In this document: one piece after another, positions 1 to 6,146 of the stretch | Position numbering within the stretch: position 1 is the stretch's first letter | Layout: every line of letters begins with the position of its first letter | From: Octopus sinensis | Taxonomy: Eukaryota | Direction: 5' to 3' | DNA length: 6,908 nt | NCBI RefSeq assembly: GCF_006345805.1 | Contig: NW_021829137.1 | Location: 1 to 6,908, forward strand | The notes under the pieces: generated by a model | What the model was told of the DNA's origin: nothing | Seen by the model: only the letters and a program-made list of their open reading frames with translations | Databases searched by the model: none | Position numbers and translations under genes: made by a program

Positions 1-14
1 GCAGAAGGCGATGC

Positions 15-176
15 ATCCTTTCTACTGGGGGTACAAGGCCTAAAATTGTGGGAGAGGGGACTAGTCGATTACATCGACCCCAGTGCGCAACTGGTACTTT
101 ATTTATCGACCCTGAAAGGATGAAAGACAAAGTCGACCTCGGCGGATTTCGAACTCGGAACCTGAAGTTGGACGAA
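15..176 (-). mobile_element. Family-A tRNA-derived SINE, 5'-truncated (A-box region missing), 'tail 2' variant
   Basis: The reverse complement aligns to the 3058-3175 unit (B-box-like GAGTTCGAAATCC, GAGGTCGACTTTGTCTTTCATCCTTTCAGGGTCGATAAA, GGGGTCGATGTAATCGAC). Its 3' end (TCCCCTCTCCCACAATTTTAGGCCTTGTAC...AGTAGAAAGGAT) matches the tail at 3993-4040. Confidence 0.85.
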
Positions 177-210
177 CGAAAGCAATAGCAACGACAACAA
201 GAACAATAAC

Positions 211-620
211 AGGAGTGGCTGTGTGGTAAGTAGCTTGCTAACGAACCACATGGTTCAGGGTTCAGTCCCACTGCGTGGCATCTTGGGCAAGTGTCTTCTG
301 CTATAGCCCCGGGCCGACCAAAGCCTTGTGAGTGGATTTGGTAGACGGAAACTGAAAGAAGCCTGTCCTATATATATATATATATATGTATGTGTGTATA
401 TGTTTGTGTGTCTGTATTTGTCCCCCTAGCATTGCTTGACAACCGATGCTGGAGTGTTTACGTCCCCGTCACCTAGCGGTTCGGCAAAAGAGACCGATAG
501 AATAAGTACTGGGCTTACAAAGAATAAGTCCCGGGGTCGATTTGTTCGACTAAAGGCGGTGCTCCAACATGGCCGCAGTCAAATGACTGAAACAAGTAAA
601 AGAGTAAAAGAGTAAGAGTA
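211..620 (+). mobile_element. Family-B tRNA-derived SINE, near full length, with internal (TA)/(TG) microsatellite
   Basis: A box TGGCTGTGTGG (216-226) and B-box-like GGTTCAGTCCC (259-269). TTGGGCAAGTGTCTT follows and resembles the start of the CORE domain (recall). Internal microsatellite ~369-420. 3' hairpin CAGTC-AAAT-GACTG, then a short (GTAAAAGA)n tail. Homologous segments recur at 1919-2069, 2895-2988, 5816-6146 and 6147-6304. Confidence 0.9.
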
Positions 621-910
621 TCTACCACCACCTACTTTACTATAACCTCTACTACCGCTACTACTAAAGTTAGCAATATAAAAATACAATGGCGACAATG
701 ATATCAGGAATAGCCGCTGCTGCTGCTGCTGCTACTACTACTACTACCCCCCACCACCACCACTACTATTACTACAACCACCACTACTACTACTATTACT
801 ACCACCACCACTACTACTACTATACTACCACCACCACTGCTAATGCTACCAACACCACCACTACTACTACTATTACTACAACCACCACTACTACTACTAT
901 TACTACCACC

Positions 911-954
<44 letters not shown>

Positions 955-1055
955 CACTACTACTATTACTACCACCGCCACCATTACTACTACTATTACT
1001 ACCACTACTACTAATGCTACCATCACCACCACTAGTACTACTACTAGTACTTTTA

Positions 1056-1137
<82 letters not shown>

Positions 1138-1138
1138 T
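621..1138. repeat. Compound trinucleotide microsatellite: (GCT)n, (ACT/ACC)n, then ~85 bp of nearly pure (ATT)n
   Basis: Directly visible: GCT run ~717-733, mixed CTA/CCA to ~1050, (ATT)n ~1055-1136. This tract generates the homopolymeric ORFs at 689-1304. Confidence 0.95.
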
Positions 1139-1167
1139 AAGAGCAATTGAAGCGGATTCAACATGGC

Positions 1168-1250
1168 CAACAACAGCAATAACAACAACAACAAAAACCA
1201 CAACCACAACAACAGCAGCAGCAGCAGCAGCAGCAGCGGCAACAACATCA
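1168..1250. repeat. (AAC)n/(GCA)n microsatellite
   Basis: Imperfect CAA repeats followed by about 7 GCA units at ~1213-1236. Confidence 0.9.
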
Positions 1251-1259
1251 CTAATTAAG

Positions 1260-1783
1260 ATGAGGCGGCGGAGGCCCACTCCGATTCACCTGACCAACTT
1301 TTAACCCAAGAGTTAACCTGACTTAAAACCATGCCAGAGCATCGTCCATTCGACAACAGCCTCAAACCCTTTCTCTTCATCGCCATCCTCCACCCCTTCC
1401 TCATCCCCACCGTCTGTTTAATTTACACCCCCCACCGTCGCCGCCGCCGCTCCCCACTCGCTTGCCGTCGCCATACCGTTGCCGTGCCGCCTTTCGAAAT
1501 CTCGTGTTAGCGCAGTCACCGCTACCGCCATGATAACTGCAGCGCCACCACCGTCCAACGGCGTCACCAAACTCCACCACCATCAACACCACACCATCGC
1601 CTCCAGCAGCAGCACAATCTTTTGCCAATGACACACCACCGCTGCACCGACACCACTACTCCCATCAACATTACCGCCGCTATAAAACCACCACCGACAT
1701 TCACCACCAACATCAACACCACCATCGCCGCCATCAATACCACCACCTTGGTCAACATCACCACCGCCATCAACACCACACAA
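1260..1783. repeat. C-rich cryptic simple-sequence block (CCG/CAC/CATCAACACCAC motifs)
   Basis: Degenerate CCG/CCGTCG runs at ~1430-1490. Recurrent CATCAACACCAC-like motifs between ~1580 and 1780. Confidence 0.7.
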
Positions 1784-1921
1784 CCTATTTCTTTACTACC
1801 CACAAGGGGCTAAACACAGAGGGGACAAACAAGGACAGACACACGTATCAAGTCGATTATATCGACCCCAATGCGTAACTGGTACTTTTTAATCGACCCC
1901 GAAAGGATGAAAGGCAAAGTC
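1784..1921 (-). mobile_element. Family-A SINE 3' fragment, 'tail 1' variant, starting at the GAC of the GTCGAC site
   Basis: The reverse complement reads GACTTTGCCTTTCATCCTTTCGGGGTCGAT...GGGGTCGATATAATCGACTT...TAGCCCCTTGTGGGTAGTAAAGAAATAGG, collinear with 3105-3243. Confidence 0.9.
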
Positions 1922-2069
1922 CCCCTAGCATTGCTTGACAACCGATGCTGGTGTGTTTACGTCCCCGTCACTTAGCGGTTCGGCAAAAAGAGACCGATAG
2001 AATAAGTACTAAAGGCGGTGCTCCAGCATGGCCGCAGTCAAATGACTGAAACAAGTAAAAGAGTAAAAG
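1919..2069 (+). mobile_element. Family-B SINE 3' half with an internal ~40-bp deletion
   Basis: Near-identical to 419-510, then jumps at an ACT microhomology (AATAAGTACT|AAAGGCGG) to the equivalent of 552-610, including the GTAAAAGA tail. Confidence 0.9.
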
Positions 2070-2077
2070 GGTATATC

Positions 2078-2448
2078 AACTTGTGTAAAATGTCAGCGAA
2101 AGAAACCTAGCTGTTTCTTGTCATACATACATCGAAAGCAAAAATTTTTCAGGGGCCCTTAATATACTACGGTGAATCCCTTATTTATTATTTTGCTTGC
2201 GTGAACTCGTTTTGAAATACTATTTTATTCTGGTGGACCCCCACCCCACCCCACCCAGCCATTCGATATTTAAAAATAAGTTTCGTAGAACCTTTTTCAA
2301 AAATCCCGTTTTTGTTTTCCACACATTAACTTGTGTAGGGTTGATCTATGTAAAATTTTAGGCAAAGAAACCCAGCTGTTTCTTTCAATACACACAATAC
2401 ATATAAAGCAAGGGTTCTCAACCGTTTTATTTATTTATGGGCCCCTTT
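2078..2448. repeat. Diverged direct repeat pair (~2078-2160 and ~2328-2448) carrying an AAGAAAC-N6-GTTTCTT palindrome
   Basis: AACTTGTGTA at 2078 and 2328. AAAGAAACC(T/C)AGCTGTTTCTT at 2099-2119 and 2364-2384 (20/21 identical). Both are followed by AAAGCAA and GGGCCC(C)TT. Confidence 0.6.
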
Positions 2449-2894
2449 GATTACTCTTTTATACTGTAGGTTCGGATTTGCATGCAAGATGAAGGGAAGT
2501 AAAATACTTTCAGGTCTGAAGAATACGAAAACAAAAAAAAATAAAATAAAAAGGAGGAATAACTAGTTGTGTAATGCAAGTCCCTAACAGTAAAAATTGG
2601 TAACTTCTCTCCATGCACACACAATAGGAAATAAATCCTTCGATCAGGTAATTGATTTATTTAATTTTTTTCAAAACATTAGTCGTGGAAAGAGTTAGAA
2701 GAAGCTTAGCGTGGCAGTAGTGATTGCCTGGTTTCGTTGTATGTATTGCGAGAAACAGCGAGATTTCTTTCCCCAAGATTTGCATCGTTTACCCTGAACA
2801 AATAAATGTGGAGGAAACGAAATATGAAGTTTGAAAGTTCTTATAAAACAAATTTTTAAATATAGAATGGCTAGGGAAGCCCACCAGAATAAAA

Positions 2895-2988
2895 TAGAAG
2901 ACACTTGCACATGGTGTCACGCACTGGGACTGAACCTGGAACCATGTGGTTCGTAAGCAAGCTACTTACCATACAGCCACTCCTACGC
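2895..2988 (-). mobile_element. Family-B SINE 5' fragment (tRNA-like head only)
   Basis: Reverse complement GCGTAGGAGTGGCTGTATGGTAAGTAGCTTGCTTACGAACCACATGGTTCCAGGTTCAGTCCC... matches 211-300 and 6210-6304. Confidence 0.9.
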
Positions 2989-2997
2989 ACATACAAC

Positions 2998-3009
2998 TAT
3001 TTAAAATAG
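2998..3009 (+). repeat. Left target-site duplication TATTTAAAATAG
   Basis: Exact 12-bp match to 4040-4051, flanking the compound family-A element. Confidence 0.8.
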
Positions 3010-4039
3010 TTTTTTGAAGCTGGCAGGAATATTAACACGCTGAACGAAATGCTTAGCGGTATTTCGTCTGCTGTTACGTTGTGAGTTCAAATTCCGCCGA
3101 GGTCGACTTTGCCTTTCATCCTTTCGGGGTCGATAAATTAAGTACCAGTTACGCACTGGGGTCGATATAATCGACTTAATCCGTTTGTCAGTCTTTGTTT
3201 GTCCTCTCTGTGTTTAGCCCCTTGTGGGTAGTAAAGAAATAGGTATTTCGTCTGCCGCTTCGTTCTGAGTTCAAATTCCGCCGGAGGTCGACTTTGCTTT
3301 CATCCTTTCGGGGTCGATAAATTAAGTACCAGTTACGCACTGGGGTCGATATAATCGACTTAATCCGTTTGTCAGTCTTTGTTTGTCCTCTCTGTGTTAG
3401 CCCCTTGTGGGTAGTAAAGAAAGTAGGTTATTTCGTCCTGCCGCTTCGTTCTGAGTTCAAATTCCGCCGAGGTCGACTTTGCCTTTCATCCTTTCGGGGT
3501 CGATAAATTAATTACCAGTTTACGCACTGGGGTCGATATAATCGACTTAATCCGTTTGTCAGTCTTTGTTTGTCCTCTCTGTTTTAGCCCCTTGTGGGTA
3601 GTAAAGAAATAGTATTTCGTCTGCCGCTTCGTTCTGAGTTCAAATTCCGCCGAGGTCGACTTTGCCTTTCAATCCTTTCGGGGTCGATAAATTAAGTACC
3701 AGTTACGCACTGGGGTCGATATAATCGACTTAATCCGTTTGTCAGTCTTTGTTTGTCCTCTCTGTGTTTGGCCCCTTGTGGGTAGTAAAGAAATAGGCAT
3801 TTCGTCTGCCGCTTCGTTCTGAGTTCAAATTCCGCCGAGGTCGACTTTGCCTTTCATCCTTTCGGGGTCGATCAAATAAGTACCAGCTACGCACTGGGGT
3901 CGATATAATCGACCTTGCCTTTCATCGTTTCGGGGTTAAATGCCAGTTAATTAAGTACCAGTTGAGTATTGGTGTCGATATTATCGACTTAACTCCTCCC
4001 CCTCCAAATTTCAGGCCTTGCGCCCAAAGTAGAAAAGAA
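3010..4039 (+). mobile_element. Compound family-A SINE: one head, a tandem array of bodies, and a terminal 'tail 2'
   Basis: A-box-like TGGCAGGAAT at ~3021 and B box GAGTTCAAATTCC at 3083-3095. Tandem bodies run to 3913, followed by a diverged body plus tail 2 (3914-4039). Flanked by a 12-bp TSD. Confidence 0.9.
3058..3913 (+). repeat. Tandem array of ~184-bp SINE-derived units (4 full + 1 partial)
   Basis: Units start at 3058, 3242, 3426, 3612 and 3796 (periods 184, 184, 186, 184). They are near-identical and differ mostly by 1-bp indels. Junction AAAGAAATAG|GTATTTCG. Confidence 0.95.
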
Positions 4040-4051
4040 TATTTAAAATAG
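4040..4051 (+). repeat. Right target-site duplication TATTTAAAATAG
   Basis: Exact match to 2998-3009, immediately after tail 2 (AGTAGAAAAGAA). Confidence 0.8.
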
Positions 4052-4230
4052 CTTAATTCCGTTCCGTGCGACTCTAAGTTTCGCAGGCTTCTTACAGAAA
4101 CCTAAACCTATTTCGTGGAGCTCAGTTAAGGTATAACAGCTTTCTGGACTTCATTTTCTCGACAACAACAGGTGTTTTTGGGACTTTCAGCTTTTCTAAT
4201 ACTACAGCATTGGTTACCATGTTTTCCACC

Positions 4231-4232
<2 letters not shown>

Positions 4233-4273
<41 letters not shown>

Positions 4274-4353
4274 TTTATATTTACAAAAACACACAAACGA
4301 AAGAAAATAGAACATAGGTGGGAGTACAGTGTGCATGTGAGTAATATTTATAC

Positions 4354-4397
<44 letters not shown>

Positions 4398-4419
4398 TAT
4401 ATTTATATATATATATATA

Positions 4420-4455
<36 letters not shown>
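4233..4455. repeat. (AC)n (4233-4269) and interrupted (TA)n (~4345-4455) microsatellites
   Basis: Directly visible dinucleotide runs. Confidence 0.95.
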
Positions 4456-4457
<2 letters not shown>

Positions 4458-4499
4458 CAAACACGCAATTACCACTCTCATGGTGTGAGCCGTGACATG

Positions 4500-4511
4500 T
4501 TTGGCGCGAAA
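4500..4511. promoter_or_regulatory. Candidate bidirectional E2F-type site TTTGGCGCGAAA
   Basis: The reverse complement TTTCGCGCCAAA equals the classical overlapping E2F element of mammalian DHFR promoters and fits TTTSSCGC on both strands. No promoter context is established. Confidence 0.25.
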
Positions 4512-4544
4512 ACTAGTCCTCTGAATGCTAAATTCCTTTCTCCA

Positions 4545-4800
4545 CCCTCGTCACCCTAACCACTGCTAACACCCACACCACTAACACCAACACCAACACC
4601 ACCACCTTCCCGATCAACTCCACCTCCACGCACCATCACGAATTAATAATCTACTGATAATAGACAAACCTTAATGGACTCGTTGATGAGGGTAGTACAG
4701 CAGCAGCAGCAGCAGCAGCCGCGGCAGCAGCAGCGGTAATAGTGGTTCTTGTTGATGGTAGTGTTGTTGTTGTTGTTGTTGTTGGGTGTGGTGGTGATTA
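4545..4800. repeat. Compound simple repeats: C/A-rich (CACCAA), (CAG)n at ~4697-4736, (GTT)n at ~4762-4784
   Basis: Directly visible. Confidence 0.85.
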
Positions 4801-4898
4801 AGCGGTGGAATCTATTCCGGTATTCGTAATTTGGTGTTTAATCTAGAATGGCACCTTTCCTGCCAAAAGTTTAGTAAAACGAGCAAGAGCCAGGGCAA

Positions 4899-5290
4899 GA
4901 AAAACAAAAACAAAAACAAAACAAAAATGAATTGGAGAGCCTATATTTACCTTGTGTGTGTGTATGTGTGTGTGTGTGTGTGTGTCTTGGTGTGCGTGTA
5001 CGTGTATATTTGAGCATGTTGGAGGGCGTCATATATATATATATTATAATATATATATATAATATATATATCTATTATTATATATATATATATGATGTAT
5101 ATATAATAGAATAGAATGCATGTTAATTTCGATCTATATAGGTCTATATGTTTGTGTGTATGTTGTTGTGTGTGTGTACGTGCGTTTAATTTAAGCATGT
5201 AGGAGGGCGTTAATATCTACCTATATATATATGTGTGTGAGTGTGTGTGTACATTCACATGTACGCATATCTATGTGAGCACATGCTTAT
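4899..5290. repeat. (AAAAAC)n, (TG)n and (TA)n microsatellites with a diverged 181-bp-offset duplication
   Basis: AAAAAC repeats at 4899-4927, TG at ~4953-4985, TA at ~5031-5140. TTTGAGCATGTTGGAGGGCGT (5009-5029) versus TTTAAGCATGTAGGAGGGCGT (5190-5210), 19/21 identical. Confidence 0.8.
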
Positions 5291-5543
5291 ACGTATGTAC
5301 GTATGTATGTACGTACGTATGTATGTATGTATGTATGTATGTATGTATGTATGTATGTATGTATGTATGTATGTATGTATGTATGTATGTACGTATGTGT
5401 GTATGTATGTATGTAGGTAGGTCTGTATGTGTATGTATGTATGTACGTACGTATGTATGTACGTACGTACGTATCTATGTATGTATGTATGTATGTATAT
5501 ATGTACGTATGTGTGTATGTATGTATGTATGTATGTATGTATA

Positions 5544-5684
5544 CGCCAGATGCAGAAAGCCAGAGCCACCTGCACCAATAGCACAGCCCCTACCCACTTC
5601 TGCCCCATATGTGGGAGGGGCTTCCTTGCTCGGATTGGCCTCACCAGCCACCTCCGGTCTCATAGCAGCAATTCCACCAAATGA
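5544..5684 (+). pseudogene. Remnant of RTE ORF2 C-terminal C2H2 zinc finger (C 5601 to H 5663)
   Basis: 46 sense codons followed by TGA. There is no genuine start, because the upstream ORF portion is (TATG)n translation. Confidence 0.8.
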
Positions 5685-5728
5685 TGTCAGTGGTCATCTT
5701 CGAACCCGAAGGACGAACATTACATTAC
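5544..5728 (+). mobile_element. 5'-truncated RTE-clade LINE 3' end (ORF2 C-terminus, 3' UTR and short tandem tail)
   Basis: In-frame peptide RQMQKARATCTNSTAPTHFCPICGRGFLARIGLTSHLRSHSSNSTK* (stop 5682-5684). CPxCGRxFxARIGLxSHLRxH is the C2H2-type motif I recall as typical of RTE/BovB-like ORF2 ends. The 3' UTR GGTCATCTTCGAACCCGAAGGACGAAC has a CTTCG/CGAAG stem (5698-5711). Tail (ATTAC)2. Confidence 0.85.
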
Positions 5729-5815
5729 ATGTATGTATGTATGTATGTATGTATGTAATGTATGTACGCATGAATGTATGTATGTATGTATGTATGTATG
5801 TATGTATGTGTAAGT

Positions 5816-6146
5816 GTGCAGGCATGTCTGTGTGGTTCCGGGTTCAATCTCACTGCGCGAAAACTTGGCAAGTATCTTCTACTACAGACTCAGACATGCT
5901 AAAGCCTTGTGAGTGGACTTAGAAGACGGAAACTGAAAGAATCCCGTCGGTTATATAGATATGTATATATACTATATATTTGTGTGTGAGTGTTGGTCAC
6001 CAGCCTTCGCTAGTCAACCGATGCTGGTGTGTTTACGTCCCCGTGACTCAGTGGTTCGTCAAAAAGTACCGATAACACAGGTACCAGCCTTACAAAGAAT
6101 AAGACATGGAGGCGATTTCTTCGACAAAACAAACCCTTTATGCGGT
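5816..6146 (+). mobile_element. Older, diverged family-B SINE with a ~27-bp head deletion and missing 3' end
   Basis: Collinear with 211-560: CTGTGTGG|TTCCGGGTTCAATCTCACTGCG, AAAGCCTTGTGAGTGGA, ACGGAAACTGAAAGAA, internal TA/TG repeat, CAACCGATGCTGGTGTGTTTACGTCCCCGT, TTACAAAGAATAAG, ending at GCGGTG. Confidence 0.85.

Larger units (their letters stand above)
5290..5809. repeat. (TATG)n tetranucleotide tract with TACG variants, split by an RTE insertion
   Basis: TATG repeats at ~5290-5542 and ~5729-5809. These produce the YVCM/HTYI ORFs. Confidence 0.95.

Noticed and set aside
170-210. Second RTE tail (GGACGAAC followed by a CAA-like repeat)
   Set aside because: GGACGAA aligns with the family-A minus-strand sequence (GACGAAATACC), and the upstream RTE stem-loop is absent.
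211-285. Functional tRNA gene (also 2895-2988, 3016-3100 and 6230-6304)
   Set aside because: A/B boxes are present but no complete cloverleaf is evident, and each continues into, or is homologous to, SINE body sequence.
689-1304. Four long ORFs (poly-T/Y/H/I, poly-N/S/G, poly-L/V)
   Set aside because: They are direct translations of trinucleotide repeats, open on both strands because the motifs lack stops, with no domain-like content.
1401-1813. ORFs in the C-rich block, including a Thr-rich 63-aa frame with five N-x-T sequons
   Set aside because: The composition follows from CAC/AAC/ATC cryptic repeats, the frame ends inside a SINE, and there is no signal peptide or splice support.
2409-2423. 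hAT/MITE terminal inverted repeat
   Set aside because: No matching opposite terminus or 8-bp TSD was found, so it is not called as an element.
2476-2483. Octamer ATTTGCAT (and E-box CACGTG near 6407)
   Set aside because: Short motifs are expected by chance in 7 kb and there is no supporting promoter context.
2695-2910. 71-aa minus-strand ORF (and the 69-aa ORF at 6537-6746)
   Set aside because: Both are short with no recognisable motif. The first starts in a SINE edge, and the second lies in a tandem repeat whose next unit does not keep the frame.
3058-3913. CRISPR-like array or hammerhead retrozyme
   Set aside because: The units are wholly repeated with no unique spacers and the context is eukaryotic. 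No CTGANGA…GAAA hammerhead core was found on either strand, and I could not build a convincing HDV-like fold by eye.
4172-5922. ORFs with HT, YI, VC and YVCM repeats
   Set aside because: Di- and tetranucleotide microsatellite translations. Only 5544-5684 (RTE) is genuine coding remnant.
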